DNA of 63,214 nt, the filler included, from Octopus bimaculoides (Eukaryota), in assembly GCF_001194135.2 (NCBI RefSeq). It is 4 parts of 4 records of this genome, joined end to end, with 100 filler letters (N's around TTAATTAATTAA, not from the genome) between each part and the next. Parts side by side here need not be neighbours in the genome. Positions count along the whole stretch, not along the records: positions 1 to 12,838 come from NC_068983.1; positions 12,939 to 34,693 come from NC_068982.1; 2 more parts are not named here. The stretch is one strand, 5' to 3'. Positions 1-13,613 of this stretch are shown here, piece after piece. The notes beneath the pieces were generated by a model that made no database searches, was not told where the DNA came from, and saw nothing but the letters and a program-made list of their open reading frames with translations. Numbering within the stretch: the first letter of the stretch is position 1; the number at the start of each line of letters is the position of its first letter. Made by a program: the position numbers and the translations under genes.

Positions 1-10
1 TATATATATT

Positions 11-310
11 GGAGGCGCAATAGACAGTGATTAGGGCAGCGGACTCGCAGTTATAGGATCACGGTTTTGATTCCCAGACCGGGCGTTGAAAGTGTTTATT
101 GACCGAAAATACTTGAAGCACCACGAGGCTCCGGCAGAGGGTGTACTTGTATATCACATGGCCAGCCTTGTCACACTCTGTGTCACGCTGAATCTCCCCG
201 AGAACAACGTTAAGGGTACACGTGTCTGTGGAGCGTTCAGCCACTTGGGCAGGCTGTTCCGTTTATTGGACCATCTGGAGCCTTCGTCGACGTAACCGAG
301 GGAGTGCTGT
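11..310 (+). mobile_element. tRNA-derived SINE, family A (internally deleted copy)
   Basis: Head GGAGGCGCAAT..CAGTG..TTAGGGCAGCGG with B-box-like GGTTTTGATTCCC; body matches 1419-1806 and 13624-13975. Confidence 0.85.
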
Positions 311-373
311 AGTAATATATATGGGAACAAAGAGGGATTAATTAATTTATATATATATGTGTGTGCATGTGTG

Positions 374-408
<35 letters not shown>

Positions 409-848
409 TATGTGTGCGTTCATGTGTTGCGCATGTGTGTGCATGTGTGTGTATGTGTGTGCGTATGTGTAGCGTGCACGCAGGCGTGTTTGTGTTAACA
501 GCCTTTATAATTTCGGTTTCCGAAGAATAACCTTATTACGTATTAGTTCTCGGTAAGCGTTCCTAGCACAGACCAAAAGAGAATGTGATTTCATGATGTC
601 ACAAAAAAACAGACCTTAACTGGTTCAACATGAACGCAGTTTATCAGAAGCGTATCACAGTGATGTGAAACGAATGGCGATCTATAAATAGGAAGAATAG
701 CTCATCGAATTGTGAAATTTAATATCCAATATATAAACGTACGTGCGAAGTCTATAGTCGCACAACAGTTTTAAAGGTCGAACTTTATGTCTTTGGTACA
801 TATCGACAGACGAACACCAGAAAGTTTGTTCACACAGTTTGTACATAC

Positions 849-1013
849 AGGCGCAGGCGTGACTGTGAAGTAAGAAATTTGTTCCCAAACCACATATTTT
901 CGAGTTCAGTCCCACTGCATAGCTCCTTGAGCAGGTATCTTCTACTATAGCCTCAGGCTGACCAAACCATTGTGAATGGATTTGGTGGACGGAAACCGAA
1001 AGACACCTGTCGT

Positions 1014-1020
<7 letters not shown>
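849..1020 (+). mobile_element. CORE-type SINE, family C (5' half, runs into (TA)n and gap)
   Basis: Matches the head and CORE-like segment (CTTGAGCAGGTATCTTCTACTATAGCC) of the 11479-11878 copy. Confidence 0.8.
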
Positions 1021-1058
<38 letters not shown>

Positions 1059-1418
1059 NNNNNNNNNNNNNNNNNNNNNNNNNNNNNNNNNNNNNNNNNN
1101 NNNNNNNNNNNNNNNNNNNNNNNNNNNNNNNNNNNNNNNNNNNNNNNNNNNNNNNNNNNNNNNNNNNNNNNNNNNNNNNNNNNNNNNNNNNNNNNNNNNN
1201 NNNNNNNNNNNNNNNNNNNNNNNNNNNNNNNNNNNNNNNNNNNNNNNNNNNNNNNNNNNNNNNNNNNNNNNNNNNNNNNNNNNNNNNNNNNNNNNNNNNN
1301 NNNNNNNNNNNNNNNNNNNNNNNNNNNNNNNNNNNNNNNNNNNNNNNNNNNNNNNNNNNNNNNNNNNNNNNNNNNNNNNNNNNNNNNNNNNNNNNNNNNG
1401 TAAACAATATCATATAAT

Positions 1419-1806
1419 GTGGAGACGCAATGGCCCAGTGGTTAGGACAGCGGACTCGCGGTCATAGGATCACGGTTTCGATTCCCAAACCGGACATTGT
1501 GAGTGTTTATTGAGCGAAAACATCCTAAAGCTCCACAAGGCTCCGGCAGGGGAGGTGGCGAACCCTGCTGTACTCTTTCACCGCAACTTTCTCTCACTCT
1601 TTCTTCCCGTTTCTGTTGTGCCTGTCATTCAAAGAGTCAACCTTGTCACACTGTGTCACGCTGAATGTCCCCGAGAACTGCGTTAAGGGTACACGTGTCT
1701 GCGGAGTGCTCAGCTACTTGCACGTTAATTTCACGAGCAGGCCGTTCCGTTGATCGGATCAACTGGATCCCTCGACGTAGTAAGCGATGGAGTGCCAACA
1801 ACAACT
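1419..1806 (+). mobile_element. tRNA-derived SINE, family A (near full length)
   Basis: A box TGGCCCAGTGG, B box GGTTTCGATTCCC, (AAC)n tail; possible 7-bp TSD ATATAAT (1412-1418 / 1807-1813). Confidence 0.9.
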
Positions 1807-2309
1807 ATATAATTTAAAGAAGAAACAAAAATTAGATAATTATCTTCATATTTATGACATACATTAATACAACAAATACATTACGACATTCAGCACATGT
1901 TAAAAGTATTATTTAAGAATATAATAGAAATAAGAAATCTATGAAATAAGAATATACATGAAGATATAAGCAAGAAAAAAAGTCGATATGTGGAGTGATA
2001 CAGCGAATATAAGAAAACCTAAACATGAAAAATTAAAAATTCCTTCACCAATTTTATCATTCACGTATAGGCAATCTCCCCGTCATCAGGAAGGGGACAT
2101 TGTCAATAAGTGGATTATAAAATTCACAACTTTCCAGGACAAGTGGACTCCTGAAATGGCCGTAGAAAAACCTCTTACCTGTTATTACCTTAGGACTCTT
2201 AAAACAAATATACTTCTCTCACTTTTAAATTTCTCATTAAGGTTTCTCACTGCCGTCAATGTAATTTCTAACTTTTAAATTTTTATTTTAAATTCTAAAC
2301 TTTTAGAAT

Positions 2310-2938
2310 GGTAGCCATGATAAAACTCCGAGTTTCGGATGTCGCGGCGGAAGCCCATGCCGGCATCTCTCCAGTTATCGGGCCATCAAAAACAATGCTA
2401 TGAAAATGACAGTTAAACAAAGGGAAATTACTGTGTGGTTGACCGTTATTAAGACAAAAGAGCTATTAGAATGACTGCTAAGTAAGGGGAGGGAGTAAAG
2501 GTAAGGGAGTAAAAATGTTCATAGCAATCGCGTAAGCGCGCATGTCCACAAATACACAAGCGCGCACGCACACCTACATACATATGCCTGTGTGTATATG
2601 CTCGTCCACACACGCTTGAAATATACACATGCGCACCCACACATTCGCCCAAAGAAGTTTATACATACACGCGCACGCACTCACAGACACACACGCACAC
2701 AAAAAGGTTCTTATACACGTCTATATACGTACATACTCGCATGTGCGCGCGTGTGGATGTGTGCATGCATGCGGGTATGTGCGGTCATTTTCTTTTGTCT
2801 TAATAACGGTCAATCACAGTAATTTCCCTTGGTTTAACGGTCATTTCATAGCATTGTTTTGATGGCCCGATAACTGAAGAGATGCCGGCATGGGTTTCCA
2901 TTACGACATCCGAAACTCGGAGTTTTATCATGGCTACC
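2310..2938. mobile_element. Inverted-arm element (about 150-bp arms) carrying one hammerhead-like fold per arm
   Basis: Arms 2310-2460 and 2792-2938 are reverse complements with few differences, both ending at GGCTACC; GAAT flanks both ends (2306-2309 / 2939-2942). Confidence 0.9.
2869..2929 (+). ncRNA. Type I hammerhead ribozyme fold (intact core)
   Basis: Stem I GATAA/TTATC, core CTGAAGA (2874-2880), stem II GATG/CATC, GAAA (2912-2915), stem III ACTC-G-GAGT, cleavage triplet GUU (2922-2924). Confidence 0.7.
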
Positions 2939-2948
2939 GAATAATTGT

Positions 2949-2985
<37 letters not shown>

Positions 2986-3045
2986 GTATGTATATACTTG
3001 TGTATGTTTGTTGGTTTGTGTGCTTGTTTGTGTGTGTGTGTGTGT

Positions 3046-3082
<37 letters not shown>

Positions 3083-3457
3083 TGTGTATGTGTATGTGCA
3101 TGTGCATGTATGTGTGCGTGCATATATGTGTGTATATGTTAGCACGTAATTTTATGCGCATATGTCTGTTATCATGTCTTAGTGATAGACGGGAGCTTTA
3201 AATTCGGCGAGTAAATACCAGCGCAATATGTTGATATCACGTGATCTAGCTAGAGAGACGCCCATGGCAGACAGTTCCCATTTGCTAACGATATATGTTT
3301 GTGCTCTTAGTACCATGCGCTTTTATTAGAGGATCTCTCAACGTGAATAATACAGTATTCGGCCTTCTAATAATACATCAACATCGTTAATATATTTATA
3401 TTTATAGATGTATATGTGCGTGTATGTGTGTTTGTTAGTGTGTGTGTGTGTGCGCGC

Positions 3458-3515
<58 letters not shown>

Positions 3516-3666
3516 AAATCTGTATATTTATATATGGAGATGTAAGAACTTGTTGCAATGAGTGACTTCAGCAATATATATTAAGTACTAAGTACTCGTC
3601 TACACGAATTTGTGAGTGAGTGCGTGTGTGTATATGAGTGTACGTGTGTGTGTGTGCGCGTGTATG

Positions 3667-3704
<38 letters not shown>

Positions 3705-4326
3705 CGCGCATGTACGTGTGTCTGTATGTGTGTATGTGTGTGTCTATTGACGGTTACAACATCTACCTTTTTATGTGTAATGTTGTAATGTCTCTTTATT
3801 GAAGCAATTATTCTCGATATATAGTGCAAAAACTTACTTTATTAACACGACCCATTCTTCCATTGAATTGTTCTCCACGTTTAACTGTTTTCTTATTGCA
3901 TTTTATTAAAGCATTCAATGAAATAAACCAAACGTTTTACATTATAGTCATGTCGCTTATAGAGTTTTTGCTGTATTTTCAAACGACTTCATTGAAAATT
4001 TAGTGAATACATTACTTCAAAGACCTCAATTTCATTGCTTTGTAATTCTGAAATTTCATCAGTTACTGTTATTTTTTGAAGGATGTTATTTCCTGTTTTC
4101 AGCTTTCAATGTCAAACGTCAATGAATCATTGAACTCAAATATATTTACAGTTTATATATAGATAATTATTCCAAATGAGAGATCAAATGGCCTAGTTAC
4201 CATGCTTACCATCTTGTCAGTGTACTATTTTCGTGAACATAATATTTCACTTTTAAATGATTCTATACATCTAAAAATATGTACCACATCGTTGGAAGGG
4301 CCTGCTACTCAAAGAAACAGTTGGAG

Positions 4327-4605
4327 TAATATCGGTTTGAAATTTTGGTACAAGGCCAGCAAGTTCGGGACAGAGCCCCAATTGCTCAACTGGTACTTAT
4401 TTTATCGACACCGAAGGGATGAAAGAAAAAGTTTACCTCGACGGAATTTGAACTCAGAACGTGAAGATTGACAAAATGCCGCTAAGCTTTTTTTCCGGCA
4501 TGCAAATGATTCTGCTAGCTCGCCACCTTCAGTATGAGTAATATCAAATTTTGGCACAAGGCCATCAAGTTCGGAGGGGTGGGTAATTTGATTACATCGA
4601 TTACA
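4327..4605 (-). mobile_element. SINE family B copy (4327-4529) plus a second 3' fragment (4540-4605)
   Basis: Minus strand AAGGTGGCGAGCTAGCAGAATC..GAGTTCAAATTCCGTCGAGG..TTTCATCCCTTCGGTGTCGATAAAATAAGTACCAG; GAGTAATATC repeated at both junctions. Confidence 0.8.
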
Positions 4606-4950
4606 CCTATAACACTCACAAGCTATTTTTCTAATCGATATTTAAGTACATATGCTATCATATTGCAATCAGATTAATAGATCATGTCCATGTTAAGAGT
4701 TGGTGATTAAAATATTTGTATCGAGTCAACAACGTTCATGTATCTAGGGCGTCTATTGTTCTCGTGAAACACTGGATCTTCACTGAGATTGTTCCCCTCT
4801 AAGCAACAAGCCTTATCTAGGTATATTATTGTATAAATCAGACATATCCATACAAACATGTGTGTGAAGGTAGATACGTAAGGCAGATGTAGATATGTAC
4901 GTATGTATGTGTGCATGTATATTTTTATGTATATTTTTTTCTTTTTGTAG

Positions 4951-5070
4951 GAAACACAAAGTGTGAGTCGGATCAGTTTAAATGTCGCAATGCTTACTGT
5001 ATTACACAAAAACAGGTGTGCAACGGGAAAACGGATTGCCTAATGTCAAAATGGGACGAATTTCATTGTG
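4951..5070 (+). CDS. Internal exon encoding an LDL-receptor class A (LDLa) domain; first visible exon of a secreted/membrane LDLa-mucin gene
   Basis: Polypyrimidine tract+TAG acceptor (ctttttgtag|) and |gtaagt donor; 120 nt, phase 1-1. Translation NTKCESDQFKCRNAYCITQKQVCNGKTDCLMSKWDEFHC has the six-Cys LDLa spacing (C6C4C6C5C9C) with DC and DE. Confidence 0.9.
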
Positions 5071-8000
5071 GTAAGTTGGTAGAAATTATCATCTGTTTCT
5101 AATTTATTTCGTGAAATTCTTTATTTGATGTTTTATTCCAGCGATGCATTGGATTATGTAAAGTCTGAAAATGGTGAAGATGTAACTGAATTGCCAATCA
5201 AAATCAGTTGATTTCTTACACCGTTGTTTTGAGTGAGTGTATCTATGACTAAATTTATTGCAGCATTTCAATGATTCTTGTCCTTATTTTATCGACGATA
5301 AGTTAAAATAGGGCAAGTAAGGGAAGCTCTACGTGGTTATTCGAAATGAATAGAAAACCGGCCACATCTCCCTTAAATCATACCTAGTCAGTCTTAAAGA
5401 TAGGAAGCAAAAGAGACTGTTTTCCATCTTACACTATTCTTTAAATAAATGCATACATGTCTTCGGTTATTGATCGTTTGGCTATCTTTTAGCTAAACAG
5501 GAATTGTAAAACTATCATTTCAAAACCTGTGCGAATAGCATATAGCCTTTCTAGCAATCGCACATTAGTATGTTGCGATTGTTTGGCGAAGTTCTTATGA
5601 CTGGTATTGCAATAGAAATCCTGTGGATATGTAAAGCGAGCCAATGACAAAAACGACAGAAAGAAAATTCTTCCAGAGCAAAACGATTGAGCGAATTACA
5701 GTTTTGTTGCATATGAAGGTGAGTCACTTTAAAACATCTCATAATTACGTTTCTGCCATTAATATCATTGGTAATGACAATATGAAATTGAATAATAAAG
5801 AGTCTTTGACATGAATCAGGTGATGTAATATTTTTTCCTGCCATGCCAATCTTATTTTCTTTGTCTATATTTTTGCCCAATTCTTATTCAACATTTTATG
5901 ACAGACAGACTTAATGCAAGGAACACGAATTGACTGAATTTGTTTGGTTTCTTTTATGCGAAGATTCTCTTATGGTTTTCATAAATCTTAAGAGTTTTTT
6001 TTACGATATAAATGAAATGAAAACATTTCATCTGGGAATATAAATTGAAACCTGGCATCAATATAATGCTAATGAGACACAATTCTATATTGAAGAACAG
6101 TAGAAATGTGAAATGAAGCTGTAAATTTGCTGTCTTTGTCTAGCACATTATGGGAAAGGACATTGTTTTAACCGATGTTTGAAACTGCATCGACGTTCTC
6201 TCTTTTAGAGGCTTCTTGCTTTAGGACTTTTGCTTAAAATTTTATTGCACTTTATTCTTTTTTCTTTTACTGGTTTTAACCACTGAGTTGAGACAATGCT
6301 ACAGCACTGCCATCAATTGTTTGAATCACTACAAAAATAGATGTATTGGAGAGTATAAAAACTGTACAGATACGTGGGTCTTAGGTGCCCATAAATGGTA
6401 TTCTTTTACTGAAAGAAAATCTATAATTCCGCTATTCCGCTTATTTGTGCAATATTTCTGGTTTTGTCTATTATCTCGAATACTAATAGAAACCATAGCG
6501 TATCGAACAATATACAGTACGTTAATTTGTTGCATCTCAGGATATCAAGTACTCTAATGATGAGATAAGAACCAATAGCTGATACAATGATATCCCAAGT
6601 GACCCAAAATGAGAGTCTGTGTGCTGTGGCTTAATCTGCTAGAAACAACAGACATTATCACCAAATCACATTCTGCTGTCTTTCAAAGAAAAAAATAGAA
6701 TTCATTGAATAATATAACTTTTGATATAAGGTTTCTGGGAAAACAAATTCGGCTTGATTATGACTCCAATGACCAGTGGTACATTGGCACTATACAAAGG
6801 AACAAAAACAATATCCTATGGAGTCAGTTGTTTGTCACTATAAATAAAAGAAAAACGGCACATTTATGTTTTCTGAATCTTGAAGGACCTCTTGAGAATC
6901 AATGCGTAACTCCTGATTCATGCTGCAAATCAAATTGGCTAACAGAAACCTCCTCTGTAATAAGACAGACATCAATGACAAGAAAATTTCCTCGATGATC
7001 TGCTATTTATTTCTTACAGTCAGATAACTGAAGAAATATTGAATAAAGTATTCTATCTAAAATATCAACATAATGCCCGTGCCATTTCGATATTTTACGT
7101 TTGAATTATGTTCAAATAAATATAAGAAAGACAATTGATTTCATTCTCTGATCCGTAAAACAAAACAAACCATTTCCTACAGATTTATATAATTTACAAA
7201 GGTCAGCACGTGAACTTTACCTTATATGAAACTTAGAACAATTTACTGATGCAAAATGTTCAGACAAGCTTTATTGTTATAACCAATCATTTGTGTGAAT
7301 TCACATTCTTCCCTAAGAAAATATCAGAATATTGGACGTCATAAGATTTTTTTCTAGTCCGGTAAACCTAAATCAGCAAGGGACAATTCAATTATAGCAA
7401 TTTTCAAATGTACCATTTATTTACTAATTTACCATCTCTAACATATAATAATCGTTCTACATTTAGAGAAAATATTCTACATCATTATCGAATTTACAGG
7501 CATAAGCTGTACGCATAATGATCAATTTTTTAACTTTTGGTGTCATTGAAACACTGCAGAATATTTTCTTTCCATAAAATGTTTCTAGTAAAGGGCAGCC
7601 CCTTGGAGCTAATTGCTCTCCAAGCTACACCGCATATCTAAGATACAAACTGAACTCGGTACTCCACTGTTCAGAGTATTTAATAGCTCTTATATGCATA
7701 TATTTATTACTAGGCTGACTAAGCTAATGAGAACTAATTACTTTATCTAAAAACAGTTAATAACCGTATATTAAGAGTTTCTACTAGAGTTGGCCTTAAT
7801 GGAACCAAAAGTTCTTTTTTAGAATGTGGAAATACCAGACAGTAAATTAATACCATATTCACTGACTAGAAGTCATAAATGGTTGACTACAACGAGATGA
7901 TTATTCCAGATAATTCATTAACCATGGCATATGTAACATAAAATCTATAATTTGAACAGCAAACGATGGGACTCTGGAGTAGATGTAAATAATTTATTCT

Positions 8001-9714
8001 TGTCTTCGCGATGTCAGTTAACTAGAATATAGAATCTAAATTCAGACATATTACTGGTAAACATTTTTGAGACTTCATATGTATGAAAAATTTCTTTCCA
8101 TGGCTTGATCAGAGTGGAAAGATAGTGTTTAAGATCGTATCAATTTCTCTTATACTAGTGGTAGATATGAAGAAATCACGACACATTGCATTTATTCCAC
8201 CATGGGGATGCTCACTCTTCTTGTTTGTTCATTTTTACTTACAAGGTTTTGGTCGTCTCGAGGTTATTGTAGATGTCATTTACACAAACCACAACGCAGT
8301 CGAGTTCAAAGCAAAGCCAAATCGATCATAGTGAGTGTAATGACCAGAAGGTGATCACTGACCCTCTAAAATAACTGCCCATTTTTAAATAATATGAATT
8401 ACACAAATGATATAATCACTTAAAGAAAGTTATAGCTAATGCTTCTGGAGTTTTATTGAGTGTTGTTATTGATTAGTCCCAGTCTACGCTGATCGAGTTT
8501 ACCCAGCAATGCAGTCATGCAGCCCTAGTTTCCTTTTACAGATACAGTTATTTTAGAATTACATTATTCAATGTAACCTTTAATTTGTAAGATAGTAATG
8601 TGCGAAGTAGATGAGATTTCCTTACCATTTCTGAATAATTGAATGACTATGTGGCGGGCGTTTAATTATTACTCCTAGTAAACGTTTCTGCTGCTCTAAA
8701 GTTCCAGCAGACCTAGAGAAGCCAACTTCAGATTCTGCTCCATTTCCATCCGATTTCAGGCACCGAGTTTACATTTCGAGCATATTGGAGCAGAACGGAC
8801 ACAGAGATCTTAGAGAAACGAAGTCAATTATAAATATATGTGTGAGAATGTATAAATATTATATTGTAGTTTACCGAATTACGTATATTTTTTAATTAAT
8901 TTGGTAGTTTTGATTTCAACAAGCTTTCGTTAATATCAGTACATTTGAAGTAGAGGATAAAACTCTCACCTTTCATGTTATCTGAATACAACATGTAGAT
9001 GGAAACTGTCAAATCAATTTTCCCAATTTTCCCTAAACATTGTTATATCACTAAAAATTCCTTATGGCATCAGAGTACGTTACTTTATATTCAAAGCTTA
9101 AAACTCGCCGAGGTCAAACTTGTCTGTTATTCTACGGAGCTCCATAAATGCTTGTTTTAACGTTTACTATTTTCATATTCTCATCAGCGCATCTTCTGTT
9201 TTATTTTATTTTATTTATTTATAAGCCAATTTATCATTAGTCATTTATTGTACTGAGCATCTTATCTTTCTTTGCAGACAATGTAAATACACATGCGTAG
9301 GTGCACGCGCGCGTGCTATTACTACTACTTTTAACGTTACGAGCAGGCAGAATGATTGAAAGTTAACTATATTACATAGTTTGGCTTAAACGTCAGCGTT
9401 TCTGTGAGCATGGTGTGTTTCAGTGGGTGCTTTACCTGAGATGTAAGACGTATATTCTTTAGCTGTTGGATTTATGGAAATCATATAAATGGGATATAAA
9501 TCTATATCTGCGTCACATTATGAAATGTGTTAAACCACAAGCCTGTGCATATGTTGAAAGGGTATGGCAGCGGTGAATTAGATAATATATTTTATAAAAA
9601 GAAAAAACAATCATGTTTGTGCATTTTAAAACGAGAGCTATCCAATTTATTGTTTGGAAAATAGCATTTGTTACTGTGTGGAGGTGATAATTATTATTAT
9701 TTATGAAGGAATCG

Positions 9715-9925
9715 TGCAAGCAGAATCGTTAGTAGGCCGGGCAAAATGCTTAGCAACATTTCTTTCGACTTTACACTTCGAGTTCAAATCTCACCGTGGT
9801 CGACTTTGTCTCTCATCCTATCGGGGTCGATAAAATCAATACCAGTTGATGCTGGGTGAATGAAATCGACTAAACCACTTCCCACCAAATTCCAGGCTTT
9901 GTGCTTATAATAGAAACGATTCTTA
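9715..9925 (+). mobile_element. SINE family B
   Basis: GCAGAATCGTTAG..GAGTTCAAATC..GGTCGACTTTG..CATCCTATCGGGGTCGATAAAAT..ACCAG. Confidence 0.85.
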
Positions 9926-11436
9926 ATATTTAAGTTGCAAACTATTATTTGACGGTGAACGAAAACTTGTTAATATTGTTCGCATGTCTTGATAGTATTT
10001 CAGTAGATTTAAAGCATGTGAATGCATGAAGCAATTACTACTTTGTGTTTATTTCAATATTTTGGTCTCGTACTGCAGAATTGATGGACCTTCTATGGCT
10101 CAAATACTACATAACACATTTCATTCAATATAAATTTTATCTAAGTATCTAAATGTTGTAGATAATCCGCTTTGAATTATTACAAATATCTATGCTAATA
10201 GTTTCGTTTCTTAAATTGATTGACAGTCAGTTATATATAACCAGTGCTGGTGAATGCGTTCTTGAATTTTCTATTTTTCTAAGTGGCAAGACAAATTCTG
10301 TATTTTGATGATCTTTTGATGACGGTGGTTAGAATGTTCATGTATGTATGTATGTATGTATGTATGCATGCATGTATGTATGTATGTGTTAGCAGATGCT
10401 AGTGCTAGAGTATTACTGAAGGAGTGCCAATATCGAGCAGCATATTTTCAGCGATTTTGGGGGTTAAAGATTTTCCTGTGCATATACCCAAAATGTTCAA
10501 ATATGATGGATTGCGTGTAACTATGATAGATAGTACGTTCTTTGAAACCTCTAGAAAGCAGATAATTGTTATCACTGCTCTAGTCATGATACCTTATCGT
10601 AATTGCTGCGATCTATTTGCACAAATCAGGAGATAAGTCACTAAGTGGCTTGATCACTAAGTTAGTGACCAAACCAATTACTGAATTGTTATTTACATGT
10701 AAGGCTTACATCGTTTGCTTTGAATTTTGGGGATTAACTCTGAATGGTATAACGAAAGAATTGATTATTTTGAGGGCAACTGCTTACGTTTTAGTTTCAG
10801 ATCTTTGAGTATTTTGGCTACATCGCTCTTGAACTCACTACCCACTCACACACTCATAAAACCAATAACACGCACTTATACGTCTGATACACACACTTGT
10901 GGTCCTTGCTTCTGTCAGCTTGCCAGACATCAAGATGTTGCCAGCTTCCTGTCCAGCCACGCGGTTCAAGAAATTCTCTTATCTAATGCTTCTAGTGTCA
11001 CTGAAATGCTAATCTTATTTCTAACAGTACCATGTGATCAGCAGCAGCTCACTGTCCAGTAGCCAACTTGGACTCCCTCTAGCCACTTTCGATTTCGTAT
11101 GTTTCTTCATTCGGCAATATAAACCTAGACGATCCGGATTTCTGTTAGAAGCCTGCAAAACATTCAGTCGCATCGAGCCGAATCAAAACTGTTGCAAAAT
11201 AATGTGTGTGTACGTGAGTCTGTGTGTGTGTGTCTGTATGTGTGCGTGTGTGGGGGGGAGAGAGAGAGAGAGAGGAGGAGAGAGTGAAAGAGAGAGATGG
11301 AATCAAAGTGTCGAAATAATTTCCGAGCAATCTCAAATGGAATACTTTACTCAAGATGTAACTAGACATTTCTTCGTCTGCTTTCTTCTACTTCCTTTCT
11401 ACTTGTGTACTACATTGCTTCAAGCGAACAACAACG

Positions 11437-11478
<42 letters not shown>

Positions 11479-11481
<3 letters not shown>

Positions 11482-11878
11482 TTTTTTTCTTTTATTTGTT
11501 TCAGTCATTTGACTGCGGCCATGCTGGAGCACCGCCTTTAGTCGAGCAAATCGACCCCGGGACTTATTCTTTGTAAGCCTAGTACTTATTCTATCGGTAT
11601 CTTTTGCCGAACCGCTAAGTTACGGGGACATAAACACACCAGCATCGGTTGTCAAGCAATGCTAGGGGGACAAACACAGACACACAAACACACACACATA
11701 CATATATACATATACATATATACGACGAGCTTCTTTCAGTTTCCGTCTACCAAATCCACTCACAAGGCTTTGGTCGGCCCGAGGCTATAGTAGAAGACAC
11801 TTGCCCAAGGTGCCACGCAGTGGGACTGAACCCGGAACCATGTGGTTGGTAAGAAAGCTACTTACCACACAGCCACTC
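11479..11878 (-). mobile_element. CORE-type SINE, family C (full length, young)
   Basis: Minus strand: tRNA-like head, GGCACCTTGGGCAAGTGTCTTC CORE-like block, internal TA/CA microsatellite, tail GGCGGTGCTCCAGCATGGCCGCAGTCAAATGACTGAAACAAATAAAAGA; highly similar to 42274-42663. Confidence 0.92.
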
Positions 11879-12949
11879 ATTGATATTAATGATACTTTTT
11901 ATGTTGAAAAGGAAACTATATCAGCAATATAGCCATCAATGTGTTGTGAAATAAAATATATTGGAGAATATGCCATATCAGTTTGTAATATCCCTGAGGA
12001 AAGAATAAATGGTGATTCTCTAACGTATTTCGATATTAGAGCTCTGTTTAGACAATTTACGCCCTGATTTTCCTATATATACTTTGAAACCACTCTACCA
12101 ATATCTTCTTTTTTATTTTGTTTTGCTGTTGTCTTTTCTGTTTTTGTTCTCGGAGAATTTTTAAAATATATAGGCCTTTGTTTATAAGTCAAATGATTCG
12201 ATTACACATCTCGATATACGTTAAAACTTATTACCGCTTGATGCCTTATCCTCTATATCATATATCCATTATCTGAAATACACTTTATCTCTGTATCAGT
12301 ATTCAATTATTTTAGCAAGTTGCTAGCAAATAAATATTCATTCTAATTAGAGTTAATGGTGTCTTGGAGTCATTATGTTTAGTTACATTATAAATAACTA
12401 TATGATTTATGTCTCCTTCGTCATCAAAATGTGGGTGCATGACCTCTGAAAAGAATTGCAATTAAGCTCACAACCAATCAAATGAATTTCGTTTTCTCTT
12501 TTTACGGAGATAAATAGAAAACAGTTTCTATTCCACTATACAATATGGCGAATGAGGAAAAGAACTTCTACTGATTCATAGGCTATGTAGTTATTTGATA
12601 TGTGTATAAACACGCACATACTCAGTGCATACATACATAAATTCTTACACACACATATGTACATACACAATAACACATATATTTACTATAGGTGTCGAAA
12701 TTCTTGTGACATTCGGTCGATAACTGATGAGTGATGTCATCTCATATGCGTGGAGCGTGTATGTTTCTGTTATTTCGTACATTACCCCGCCACTGTACCA
12801 GATATTTTACCACACAAATATATATATATATATATATANNNNNNNNNNNNNNNNNNNNNNNNNNNNNNNNNNNNNNNNNNNNTTAATTAATTAANNNNNN
12901 NNNNNNNNNNNNNNNNNNNNNNNNNNNNNNNNNNNNNNTATATATGCTT

Positions 12950-13170
12950 ATTATAGCCTCAGGCCGACCAAAACCTTGTGAGTGAATTTCGTACTTGGAA
13001 ACTGAAAGAAGACTGTCGTATATATGTGTATATTTGTGTATGTGTGTACCTGTGTTTTGTGTTTGTACCCCCAACCATTGCTTGACAACTGATGTTGGTG
13101 TGTTTATATTCCTGTAACTTTAAAAGACACTGAAAGAATGAGTACTAGGCTTACAAAGAATAAATCTAGT
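12950..13170 (+). mobile_element. SINE family C, partial
   Basis: Central part of the family C consensus next to a gap. Confidence 0.8.
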
Positions 13171-13613
13171 AGGTGGGAAATGATCAGCCGCTGTTTAAGT
13201 AAATATGAGAATTTATTGTTCTATTTATGTAAGTACAGTCTACCGATACACTCAAATCTACGCTTTATAGGTATTCCAGAACAAATGAAATGTATATAGT
13301 ATATCAAAAACGCTGAATAGACTTTAATGACACAGGTTTGCGACTTAATTTTCATTTAGTCAAACCCTTTCATCTTCAAACTTTAATCGAGCGCTAAAGA
13401 CCTACATCATTATTATCTCCCCATTTAAAAAAAGTATATAGTACAGAGAACGTATTCATAATTGGGTGACCCAGGATACTGAAAACAAGGAATATTTTCA
13501 GAGTCGTAGTTATTACAACGCAGGTGATGTAATTCAAAGTGTAAAGTTTCTAGAGAGTAATCCAGTACGTTGTCAACTCGCATTGTTCCAATTCTGTCTT
13601 TATCATATGGTTA

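Noticed and set aside
502-552. Candidate upstream exon (TTAACAG|...|GTAAGC, 51 nt)
   Set aside because: Open only in phase 2, incompatible with the phase-1 LDLa exon, and has no domain similarity.
9278-9300. Good acceptor TCTTTCTTTGCAG inside the LDLa gene
   Set aside because: The phase-1 frame hits TAG after six codons and no frame-preserving donor follows.
12883-12894. TTAATTAATTAA islands inside N runs (also 34738-34749 and 60715-60726)
   Set aside because: Each has exactly 44 N on both sides (100 bp total) and is a stop-in-all-frames palindrome: an artificial scaffolding spacer, not biology.
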